This document shows positions 9,212 to 17,517 of a DNA stretch of 64,000 bases, one piece after another; within the stretch, counting starts at the first letter, position 1, and the number at the start of each line of letters is the position of its first letter. A model generated the notes under the pieces. The model saw only the letters and a list, made by a program, of their open reading frames with translations, ran no database searches and was not told the origin of the DNA. Source of the DNA: an uncultured Candidatus Binatia bacterium (lineage in GTDB: Bacteria; Desulfobacterota; Binatia; UBA9968; JAJDTQ01); NCBI GenBank assembly GCA_965242525.1, contig OZ251459.1:1696001-1760000 (forward strand), read 5' to 3'. Both the position numbers and the translations under genes were made by a program.

Positions 9212-10534
9212 TCAACCCGGCGCGCCCAGGGCCTTGCTCCGGATGGCCTCGACCTCCTCCACTTCCTTGGGGATGGCGGCCGACAGGACTTCGTGCCCGG
9301 CTTCGGTGACCATGACGTCGTCCTCGATGCGGACGCCGATGCCGCGGTAGTCCTCGTCCACGTCCTCCAGGTCTTCGGCCACGTACAGCCCCGGCTCCAC
9401 GGTGAAGACCATGCCGGGCTCCAGCGGGCGCGACGCCCCGTCCACGCGGTACCGGCCCACGTCGTGCACGTCCATGCCCAGCCAGTGGCCGGTCCGGTGC
9501 ATGTAGAAGCGGGTGTGCTCGCCCTTCTCGATGATGTCCGCGGCGGCGCCGACCAGGAGGCCGACCTCGACCATTCCTTCCACCAGCGCCTCCGTGGCCA
9601 AGGTGTGGAGGTCCTCCATGGACACCCCGGGCCGGACCGCGGCGATGGCCGCCTTCTGGGCCCGCAGCACGACCTCGTAAACCCGCCGCTGGGGCGCGGA
9701 ATAGGCCGCTCCCACGGGGAACGTCCGCGTGACGTCCGAGCTGTAACCGTCGAACTCCGCGCCGGCGTCGATGAGCACCAGGTCGCCGTCCCGCATGCGC
9801 CGGTCGTTCCGGGTGTAGTGGAGGACGGTGGCGTTGGCGCCGGAGGCCACGATGGACGGGTACGCCGGGCCGGCGCCGCCGGCCGCGCGGAAGTGGTACT
9901 CCACCAGCGCCTCCAGCTCGTACTCGCGGCTTCCGTCCCGGACCTCGGCCATGGCGGCCAAGTGCGCCCGCGCGGACGCCGCCACCGCCTTCCGCATGAG
10001 TCGGACCTCCGCCGCGGACTTGTAGAGGCGCATCTCGTGCAGGACCGCGCCCGGGTCCACCACCGACACGACGCCCCGGCCGGTGCGCGCGCGCCCGGCC
10101 CTGCTGCCGTCCACCAGCTCCCGGACGAGGGCGTTCATACCCTCGTCCCGGCCCGGCGCGAAATGGACCCTTTCGGCGTTGGCCAGGTGTTCCGGCAGGA
10201 TCTCCCGGACCCGGTCGATGGCGTAGGCGGCGTCGGCGCCGAACTCCTCCCGGGCCCCGTCCACGCCGTAACGCCTCCCGGTCCAGGTCTCCCGGTCCCT
10301 GTCCCGGGGCTGGACGAACAGGATGAAGCGCTCCCGTTCGTGCTGCGGCGACAGCACGCAAAGGCAGCGGGGCTCCGGGAACCCGGTCAGGTAGAGCAGG
10401 TCGTTGTCCTGCCGGTAGGGATACTCCACGTCGTTGGAGCGCGTGGCCTCGGGCGCCGCGGCGATGATGGCCACGCCCTCGCCCATGCGCTCCATGAAAA
10501 CCCGGCGCCGTTCCGCATGGTCCGTCCTGTCCAT
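9212..10534 (-). CDS. pepP: Xaa-Pro aminopeptidase
   Basis: YRQDNDLLYLTG, LIDAGAE, HWLGMDVHD, TVEPGLY, GVRIEDD. Confidence 0.95.
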   Translation of the reverse strand: MDRTDHAERRRVFMERMGEGVAIIAAAPEATRSNDVEYPYRQDNDLLYLTGFPEPRCLCVLSPQHERERFILFVQPRDRDRETWTGRRYGVDGAREEFGADAAYAIDRVREILPEHLANAERVHFAPGRDEGMNALVRELVDGSRAGRARTGRGVVSVVDPGAVLHEMRLYKSAAEVRLMRKAVAASARAHLAAMAEVRDGSREYELEALVEYHFRAAGGAGPAYPSIVASGANATVLHYTRNDRRMRDGDLVLIDAGAEFDGYSSDVTRTFPVGAAYSAPQRRVYEVVLRAQKAAIAAVRPGVSMEDLHTLATEALVEGMVEVGLLVGAAADIIEKGEHTRFYMHRTGHWLGMDVHDVGRYRVDGASRPLEPGMVFTVEPGLYVAEDLEDVDEDYRGIGVRIEDDVMVTEAGHEVLSAAIPKEVEEVEAIRSKALGAPG

Positions 10535-10731
10535 GACATGGACTTAAGGCAAGTTTCGGCCGGTGGCAAGGGGTTCGGCCGCTCCGGGACCGATCCCGTC
10601 CTCGCTTCGGGCGCCCGAATCTGCTACACAGGAGCTGCACGCCAGCGGACGGGGGCGTGTGGGCAAGGTCGTGTCTTGCGGCCCGCGGCCCGTGGACCCC
10701 GCGGGCCGGCGGGGGCCGGAGAGGAATTCGC

Positions 10732-11595
10732 ATGACGGATACCGTGTACAAGGACTTTCGCCGCGAGGAGATGGAATACCAGTTCAACCCTCGCGTGACC
10801 GTGGCCGAATACCCCCAGTTGACCGCGGCGCGGGAGAAGGCCAGCGAGGCCGCCCGGGCCCGGCTGAAGCACTTCCGCAACGTGCGCTACGGGAGCGGGC
10901 CCCGGGCCCTGCTCGACGTCTTCCCCGCCGAGGGGCCCGGGGCCCCGGTGCAGGTCTATATCCACGGCGGGTACTGGCGCGGCGGCAGCAAGGACGCCTA
11001 CGGCTTCATCGCCGAGCCGTTCGTCGAGGCCGGCGTCACCACGGTGCTGCTGGAGTACGACCTCTGCCCCCAGGTGGCCGTCCCCGACATCGTGCGCCAG
11101 ACCCGGGAAGGGATCGCCTGGGTCCATCGCCGCATCGCCGACTACGGCGGCGACCCCCAAAAGCTCTACCTTTCGGGGTCCTCCGCGGGCGGCCACCTGG
11201 TGGCTCTGGCGCTGAACCATCGGTGGGAGGATGACGGCCTTCCCGCGGACGTCATCAAGGGCGCGGTGGCCATCACCGGGGTTTACGACCCGGACCCGGT
11301 CTTCCACGTATCGGTCAACGAAGACATCCGACTGACCCCCGACACCGCCCGGGAGGTCAGCGCCATGCTGCATCCGCCCCTGGACCGGACCCCGCTGGTG
11401 GTGGCCGTGGGCGCGGCGGAGACCCGGGGATGGATCGGGATGTCCAGGGACTTCTTCGGCCTCTGCCAAGAGCGGGGCGTGGACTGCCGGTACCTGGAAG
11501 CGCCCGGGGCGCACCACTTCTCCATCTCCGGCCAACTGGGCGAACGGGGCAGCCTCCTGTCGCGCACCGTGCTGTCGCAGATGGGTTGCCTGTGA
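10732..11595 (+). CDS. Alpha/beta hydrolase, arylformamidase (kynurenine formamidase)-like
   Basis: IHGGYW, YDLCP, GSSAGGHL, HHF; GAGGA RBS. Confidence 0.88.
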   Translation: MTDTVYKDFRREEMEYQFNPRVTVAEYPQLTAAREKASEAARARLKHFRNVRYGSGPRALLDVFPAEGPGAPVQVYIHGGYWRGGSKDAYGFIAEPFVEAGVTTVLLEYDLCPQVAVPDIVRQTREGIAWVHRRIADYGGDPQKLYLSGSSAGGHLVALALNHRWEDDGLPADVIKGAVAITGVYDPDPVFHVSVNEDIRLTPDTAREVSAMLHPPLDRTPLVVAVGAAETRGWIGMSRDFFGLCQERGVDCRYLEAPGAHHFSISGQLGERGSLLSRTVLSQMGCL

Positions 11596-11615
11596 ACCGC
11601 CGGCCTCCCGGCGCC

Positions 11616-12203
11616 ATGGATGCCATGAACCACGGACACGGCCGAAACCGAAGCGCGGTTTGCAAGGGATGGATGATGGGCTTGGCGCTGCTCTCCTGGG
11701 GCGTTCCCGGCCATGCGGAAACGGTGTACGTCAGCGGCTATCGAGAGGTCATGCTCCGTTCGGGCCCCAGCGTCGAGCACAGGATCCTCGCGGTGCTCAA
11801 GACCGGCAACCGGATGGACGCCCAGGGAGGGGAGGGCAACTACCGGCTCGTCACGCTACCGGACGGGCGGCAGGGCTACGTGCTCAGGAACTTCCTCACC
11901 GCCGATGCGCCGCCCCAGCGGCGGGTCGAGCAGTTGACCGCCAGGGTCGAGTCCCAGGAAGCCGAGCTCGGAAAGCTCCGCAGCGAGAACTCGCAGCTCA
12001 AGGCCGACAACGAACGGCTCACCAACGACAACCTGGGCCACAAGCGCCAACTCCAGCAATTCCGGCAGGATAACGCGGACCGCCAGCACGACATGCGGCT
12101 ACGGTGGTTCGTGGCCGGAGCGGGCGTCCTCCTCACCGGCTGGTTGATGGGATGGACCCGCGTCCGCCTGCGGAGAAAGGCCCGGGCCCGGAGCTTCACC
12201 TGA
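11616..12203 (+). CDS. TIGR04211/YgiM-like SH3 domain protein
   Basis: Signal peptide, AETVYVS...LRSGPS.EHRIL SH3b domain, coiled coil, C-terminal TM WFVAGAGVLLTG; start uncertain (11592/11616/11625). Confidence 0.85.
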   Translation: MDAMNHGHGRNRSAVCKGWMMGLALLSWGVPGHAETVYVSGYREVMLRSGPSVEHRILAVLKTGNRMDAQGGEGNYRLVTLPDGRQGYVLRNFLTADAPPQRRVEQLTARVESQEAELGKLRSENSQLKADNERLTNDNLGHKRQLQQFRQDNADRQHDMRLRWFVAGAGVLLTGWLMGWTRVRLRRKARARSFT

Positions 12204-12356
12204 CGGGATCTTTCCGTCTTCGGCCCAGCACCACGGACGACTCCGATCCCCCCTCCCCCTGAGGCAGGGGACGCTGCACCGTGAGACCCTGTCCATACGA
12301 AAGCCGGTAACGGGAATCCACTGCGCCTGCCGTCATTCCCGCAGATGTCCACCTCC

Positions 12357-12382
12357 GTCATTCCCGCGAAAGCGGGAATCCA
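12357..12382 (+). repeat. REP family 1 (GTCATTCCCGCGAAAGCGGGAATCCA)
   Basis: Palindromic 26-mer; identical copies at 12659-12684(-), 30346-30371(+), 34373-34398(+), 34467-34492(-). Confidence 0.9.
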
Positions 12383-12387
12383 CTTTC

Positions 12388-12559
12388 GGAACCTCTGAAC
12401 AATCGGGACAGGGGGCATGAGCGCGTCCTTCGACTCCGCTTCGCTACGCTCAGGATGAACGGGGGACTTCGCTTCGCTACGCTCAGGACGAACGGGGATA
12501 GGGCGTCAGGGTGAGGGAATCGGGATCCATCCTGGATGTCTCGATTGTTCAGATGTTCC
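12388..12559. mobile_element. MITE-like element A (subfamily I, 2 internal REP family 2 units)
   Basis: Terminal inverted repeats GGAACCTCTGAACAATCG / CGATTGTTCAGATGTTCC; TTTC direct repeat on both sides; inverted homolog at 34691-35069. Confidence 0.75.
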
Positions 12560-12563
12560 TTTC

Positions 12564-12659
12564 ATCGCTCTCGCCGCACAAATCTCTCCGGGTCGGATTG
12601 CTCTTCTCGATCAACCCGATCTTTCTCGACCGCCTTTATCTCTGGATGGCGCTTTGCAT
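12564..12659 (-). pseudogene. GIY-YIG nuclease C-terminal remnant
   Basis: Reads MQSAIQR*RRSRKIGLIEKSNPTRRDLCGE, matching the family tail AIxREKxxKxWxRxWKxxLIExxNPxWxDL. Confidence 0.65.
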
Positions 12660-12760
12660 GGATTCCCGCTTTCGCGGGAATGACGGAGGTGGATGGTAAT
12701 GACAGGGTTGGACGATAATGACGGAAGTGGGCGGGAATGACGGAAGTGGACTTGAATGGT
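12659..12760 (-). repeat. REP family 1 inverted copy plus decaying ~20-bp half-REP tandem
   Basis: TGGATTCCCGCTTTCGCGGGAATGAC followed by repeated (GGG)AATGACGGAAGTGG-like units. Confidence 0.8.
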
Positions 12761-12790
12761 CTGAGCTTCGAGTCTGAGTTTCGATTCGAA

Positions 12791-12900
12791 GGAATCTCTG
12801 GACAATTGTCCCCGTTCGTCCTGAGCGTAGCGAAGCGAAGTCGAAGGACGCGCTTTCCCACAGGAAGAGGGAGTTCGAGCCGGAATCGATCAGAGGTTCC
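12791..12900. mobile_element. MITE-like element C (subfamily II, 1 unit)
   Basis: GGAATCTCTGGACAAT...ATCGATCAGAGGTTCC; closely similar to 48960-49068; flanks CGAA/TGAA. Confidence 0.7.
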
Positions 12901-14332
12901 TGAAGGGCCTGAGCTTCAGTTTCCGGGGCGGGACCTTCCTTGCCTCGCCGAAGGCCGCGGGGCTGGCACCGGTTCGTTGCGCTCGATGGAGGGCCCAGGA
13001 CCGTGCGATGGACACGCAGGCTCCGTCGGGGAGGGGCGCGGAGGCCACCGCGGCGTCTCCCAGGCGGGCGTGCAGGCGATGCACCAAGTCCCTCGCCGTC
13101 ACCGAGGCGGGGAGCGTCACGTGGAACGGAGACGCGGGAAATTCGTCGAGGGCGGAGCGGTCCGGAGCCACGCGCACCCGCGGGTCCGAGCTGAACTCGT
13201 TCCGGAGGCGCTCCAGCCGCTCGCCGTCGCCGCCCTCGTCGACCTCGACCCGCGCCACCAGGTCGTGCACCCGGTCGGCCAGCACGTTCCGGGTCGCCTC
13301 GGCCACCTGCTCGACCGGACAGGGGCCGGCCTCCACCGTGACCACGTACTGCGGCACCGCGTAGCTGCGCCCGGACCGGGAGCCGCGGCACCGCTTCGAC
13401 AGGAACTTCGGCTTCAGTATCCCCGTGTAGCTGCGCCCGGACGAGGAGCCGCGGTACCGGGGGTGGGCGACCAGGTTCGCCACCTTCTCCCGCTGGAGCC
13501 GGGCGTCGCGCTTCTTTGCTTCCCTTCCCTCGGCCCATCGGCCCTGGTGCCAGGACAACGGGTCTCGTACGGGCGCCAGCAGGGCGCCCCGGGCATAGGC
13601 CCGGTAGGCGAACTCGGTGTCCTCCCGCCCCCAGCGCACGAACGACTCGTCGTTCCCGCCCACCGTTTGGTAGAACTCCCGGCCGATGCCGAAATTGCCT
13701 CCGACCACATGGAACACGTCGTCCGCACGCGTAGTCAGGTAGTTGGTCCGCCGCAGGTAGGGATCGGCCCAGGGAGGGTCGGCCGGGCGGTCCGAGAACA
13801 GCTCCCGCAGCGTCCCCGGCCGGCTCCGGATGGCCTCCGCTTCCACGTCGTCCACCGAAACGTGGGCGCGGAACCCCAAAGTCAGCGCGTCGGAGACGAA
13901 ATGGTGCCAGCGGGCATGGGCGGCCATCCAGCCGGCTTCCACCAGCCAATCGCAGTCCAGGAACAGGATGATCCCGTACGCCGCCTCCCGCGCCCCGGTG
14001 TTGCGCGCCCGGGCCAGCCCGAACCCGCGGCGTTCCTGGCGCACCACCCGGACGTCCATCGGCGACCGGGGCAGCGCCAGCGGGGGATCGGACCCGTCGT
14101 CCACCACCACCACCTCGAAGAGGTCCCGGGGGTAGGTCTGCCCCTCCAGCGCGGCCAGGGTCCGGGCGAGCACCGCCGCGGGCGGCCCATAGGCGGGCAT
14201 GACCACGCTGACCGGCAGGGAGGGGGTGAACTCCTCCGGCGGCGGCAGGGCCGCTTGGCGCCAGTCGTTGTACGGCACGTTCGCCGGCCGGGGAAACGGC
14301 GCCGACGGCGTCCCGCGGGAAGGTTGCGCCAT
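12890..14332 (-). CDS. Glycosyltransferase family 2
   Basis: VSVVMPAY, VVVVDDGS, ARARNTGA, FLDCD, WGREDTE. Confidence 0.92.
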   Translation of the reverse strand: MAQPSRGTPSAPFPRPANVPYNDWRQAALPPPEEFTPSLPVSVVMPAYGPPAAVLARTLAALEGQTYPRDLFEVVVVDDGSDPPLALPRSPMDVRVVRQERRGFGLARARNTGAREAAYGIILFLDCDWLVEAGWMAAHARWHHFVSDALTLGFRAHVSVDDVEAEAIRSRPGTLRELFSDRPADPPWADPYLRRTNYLTTRADDVFHVVGGNFGIGREFYQTVGGNDESFVRWGREDTEFAYRAYARGALLAPVRDPLSWHQGRWAEGREAKKRDARLQREKVANLVAHPRYRGSSSGRSYTGILKPKFLSKRCRGSRSGRSYAVPQYVVTVEAGPCPVEQVAEATRNVLADRVHDLVARVEVDEGGDGERLERLRNEFSSDPRVRVAPDRSALDEFPASPFHVTLPASVTARDLVHRLHARLGDAAVASAPLPDGACVSIARSWALHRAQRTGASPAAFGEARKVPPRKLKLRPFRNL

Positions 14333-14381
14333 ACGCTAGATCCGGTAAGTTGTGATTCCGACCGGGCAGGGACCGGGTGCA

Positions 14382-15155
14382 GTGACCATCCTCTCGCACA
14401 GCCGCAAGTTCATATTCGTGTCGGAGCGCAGGGCCGCCAGCACCAGCATCAGCGCCTCCCTGTCGCCCTTGTGCGCGGACGACGACGTCGTCGTCGCCCG
14501 GGATTCCTTGGACGCGTACGCCCCCGAGTACGACGAGGACGACTTCGGCTCCATCCGGCCTCGCAACGAACTGGTCTTCCGCGACGTGCTCCCCATGACC
14601 CGCAAGGGACCGGGTTCACGGCACATCCTGCCGGGGGACATCCGGAAGGTCGTCGGAGACCGGGTGTGGGACGAGTACTTCAAGTTCACGGTGGTCCGGA
14701 ACCCGTGGGACTGGTTCGTGTCGCTGTACTGCTGGAAGCTCCGCGGCGACTGGCCGCAGCAGGGACGCTCGCACCACCAATCGCTGCGCGGCTACCTGCG
14801 TTCGCGCTACCGGCTGTACCGGACCTTGCCGAACCATGCGCTCGGCCGCCACCGGGCGAACGTCGAACTCATACTGAAGCGGGGATGGTTCGCCGCGTTC
14901 CTCAGCGAGGTGCCTGCGTTCTATTGCCTCGACGGACGCCCCTATGCGGACTATTGCATCCGCTTCGAGAACCTGCAACAGGGCTACGACGAAGTCTGCC
15001 GCCGGCTGCGCATCCCCTGCCGACCCCTGCCCAGGACCAAGAACAGGGTCCGGGGCGGGAACCGCGGCTACCGCGAATACTATACGGACTGGTCCCGGGA
15101 ACATATCGCCCGACAGTGCCGTCCGGTCATCGACGCTTTCGATTACCGCTTCTGA
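14382..15155 (+). CDS. Sulfotransferase family 2 protein
   Basis: LSHSRKFIFV..RAASTSI (5'-PSB-like), FKFTVVRNPWDWFVSLY (3'-PB), IRFENL, YREYY. Confidence 0.85.
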   Translation: MTILSHSRKFIFVSERRAASTSISASLSPLCADDDVVVARDSLDAYAPEYDEDDFGSIRPRNELVFRDVLPMTRKGPGSRHILPGDIRKVVGDRVWDEYFKFTVVRNPWDWFVSLYCWKLRGDWPQQGRSHHQSLRGYLRSRYRLYRTLPNHALGRHRANVELILKRGWFAAFLSEVPAFYCLDGRPYADYCIRFENLQQGYDEVCRRLRIPCRPLPRTKNRVRGGNRGYREYYTDWSREHIARQCRPVIDAFDYRF

Positions 15156-17401
15156 CCCCGCGCCGGCCCGGCCGGCCGGTCCTCACCGCGCGCCCACTCC
15201 AGGTAGCGCGCGGTGAGCTCCATGCCCCGTTCCAGGCCGAATTCGGGCTCGTAGCCAAGGAGGCGGCGCGCCTTGTCGATGCGGACCGAGCACTTGGCCG
15301 CGTAGAGGTCGAGGAGCCTCCCCGAAGGCAGGAACTCCTGCGGTCCGGCCGCCTCCCGGGGAGGCCGCAGGGTCCCCTGCCGGTACAAACGCCCGGCCGC
15401 GGCCTTGCCGCGCTCGCCCAGCCGCTGATAGACGGCGAAGCGAAGGGCCTGACGCAGCGGGCGCAGCGGCCAACGGCCCAGCACGCGCTCGGGGGTGGGG
15501 AGGAGCGGCCGCCGGTTCGCGCTTCGGATCTGGCGCTCCATCTCGTCGTACTCCACCAGGCGGACGGCGCCGTCCCGTCCGAGCGCCTTTGCGCAAGCGC
15601 CGTAGAAGTCGAGCCACGTTGGGTGTTCGGGGCCGGAGACGAGGAAGGTCTCGCCCAGGGCTTCGTCGCGTTGCGCCGCCAGCACGAGCGCCCGGACCAC
15701 GTCGTCCACATGGACCGCGTTGCAGATCCCGTCCCCGGGCGCCGGCAACAACACCGCGCCGGCGGTCAGCATGTCGGCCGGGCGCTCGGTCCAGTACCGG
15801 CCGAACGGCCCGTACACCACCGTGGGCTGGACCATGGCGGCGGGAAGGCCCTCTTCCCGGACCATGCGCGCGACCTCGCGTTGGGCGGCCAGCTTGCCGT
15901 CTCCGGGGCGCCGCCCGAGGGGGCTTGCCTCGGTCAACGGCGCGTCGGGCAACGGCTCGTAAACGGACAGGGAACTGACGTGGACCAAGCGGCGGACCCC
16001 GGCCCGGAGACACCCCGCGCCGATCGACCGGGCGGCTTGCCGGTCGGCCGCGGGCGAGCGCGTGTCCCGGGCCAGGTGGAACACCACGTCGCAGCCGTCC
16101 ACCAGGGCGTCGATCGCGTCGCCCGCGGCGTCCCGGTCGGCCATGTCGAAGCGGCGCAGGTCAACCGCTCGGGCCGGGAAACGGGCGATGCGGGCGGCGT
16201 TCCGGAACGTGCGGACCGCGGCCCGCACGCTTGCCCCTTCCTCCAGCACGAGCTTCTCCACCAGCCGCCCGCCGATGAAACCGCTCGCGCCGGTGACGAG
16301 CACGCGCCTGCCTTCCAGGGTCCCTCGGCTCGGCGTCCGGGCGGGGCCGCTCCAGGACCGCGGCAGCGGACGGCGAAGGCGGTAGCAGCCGTCGATGACG
16401 CGGACGGCGCGCGCCGCGGAAGCGCCGGAAACGAACGGCTCGCCGCCGGTGCGGAGGGCCCGCAGCCAATCCTCCATCTCCCATTCGTAGGCATCCTCGT
16501 ACAGGCGTTGGTCGGGCATGGCGGCGCCGGTGCGGCCGTCGAGCTCGAACCGGAGGAGGCGGTCCGGGCAGGCGCGAACGACGGCGTTGCGGTGCAGCGC
16601 CACCTCGACCCGTCCCCGGCTGCCGGTGATGACGGCGGTGTTGCGGAGGGCGCGCGTGCGGCTCAACTCCACCGTGCCCGTTGCGCCGCTGTGGAGCTCC
16701 AGTTCCAGGAGGGCATCGCCTTCGACACCGCCGAGGGAGTCGTCCCGGTAGCTCACCGGCCGCCCGTCCCCGAGCCACCACAGCAGGGTGTCCAGGGTGT
16801 GCGACCCGGTGTCCAGCAGCACCCCGCCGCGGGAGGCCTTGGGGTCCCATAGCGCGGGCGAGTAGGGACCGGTCCCCCTGGCGGCCCTGTCCGGGGCCAG
16901 GCGGCGCGTATGCCAGCTCTCCCCTTCCCGGACGTCGAAACCTTCCACCTCGCCCAGGGCGCCGCTGTCCACCAACGCCTTGACCCAGCGGGTGACGAAC
17001 AGGAAGCGGCGCATGTGGCCGACGGCCAGGCAGGCCGACCCGGCCGCCGCGGTCTCCACCATGGAGTCGGCCTCCTCCCGGGAAGCCGCCAGGGGTTTCT
17101 CCACGAACACGTGGACGCCGCGGCCCAGCAGCGGCAGGCTCACTTGCGCGTGGGACCCCGCGTGGGTGGCCACCAGCGCCGCCTCCACTTCGTCCGGGGC
17201 GAGGTCCGCGGCGTCCGCGGCCACCCGCGGCGCTCCGTAGCGGCGGGCCAACTCCTCCGCCCGGTCCGTCCGCGGGTCCACCAGCACGCGCGGCCGCCAC
17301 CCGAGCCGAGCCAACGCCGGCAGATGGCGCTCACCGGCCACGCCGCCGCAGCCGATGACCGCCAGATGAGGAAAACGCCGGCCGGTGGTCGAAGGACTCA
17401 T
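15143..17401 (-). CDS. Fusion of Gfo/Idh/MocA oxidoreductase and NAD-dependent epimerase/dehydratase
   Basis: N-terminal IGCG, VEKPLA, GGVLLDTGSH; C-terminal VTGASGFIG, HVSSLSVY, VHVDDV. Confidence 0.88.
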   Translation of the reverse strand: MSPSTTGRRFPHLAVIGCGGVAGERHLPALARLGWRPRVLVDPRTDRAEELARRYGAPRVAADAADLAPDEVEAALVATHAGSHAQVSLPLLGRGVHVFVEKPLAASREEADSMVETAAAGSACLAVGHMRRFLFVTRWVKALVDSGALGEVEGFDVREGESWHTRRLAPDRAARGTGPYSPALWDPKASRGGVLLDTGSHTLDTLLWWLGDGRPVSYRDDSLGGVEGDALLELELHSGATGTVELSRTRALRNTAVITGSRGRVEVALHRNAVVRACPDRLLRFELDGRTGAAMPDQRLYEDAYEWEMEDWLRALRTGGEPFVSGASAARAVRVIDGCYRLRRPLPRSWSGPARTPSRGTLEGRRVLVTGASGFIGGRLVEKLVLEEGASVRAAVRTFRNAARIARFPARAVDLRRFDMADRDAAGDAIDALVDGCDVVFHLARDTRSPAADRQAARSIGAGCLRAGVRRLVHVSSLSVYEPLPDAPLTEASPLGRRPGDGKLAAQREVARMVREEGLPAAMVQPTVVYGPFGRYWTERPADMLTAGAVLLPAPGDGICNAVHVDDVVRALVLAAQRDEALGETFLVSGPEHPTWLDFYGACAKALGRDGAVRLVEYDEMERQIRSANRRPLLPTPERVLGRWPLRPLRQALRFAVYQRLGERGKAAAGRLYRQGTLRPPREAAGPQEFLPSGRLLDLYAAKCSVRIDKARRLLGYEPEFGLERGMELTARYLEWARGEDRPAGPARGQKR

Positions 17402-17517
17402 GGCCGCGTTTGTACCACGCGCAACGCGGGATTTCCCCTTCCCCGGGACCATCCCGCACGTCCCCGGAAAGGTCCGGAAAGTGGCGGTAGGATGCTCGCC
17501 ATGCTACTTTTGCCCGC

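Noticed and set aside
12511-12861. Short ORFs across repeat clusters (also 30073-30372, 34026-34866, 48838-49029)
   Set aside because: They are translations of repeats (WIPAFAGMT, LRFATLRTNG), not genes.
12737-16852. 1371-aa + strand ORF and similar giant ORFs (23486-27100, 31379-34837, 49148-51745, 5' part of 55674-60992)
   Set aside because: They are antisense or off-frame shadows of real genes in very high-GC DNA, with Arg/Pro/Gly-rich composition and no motifs.
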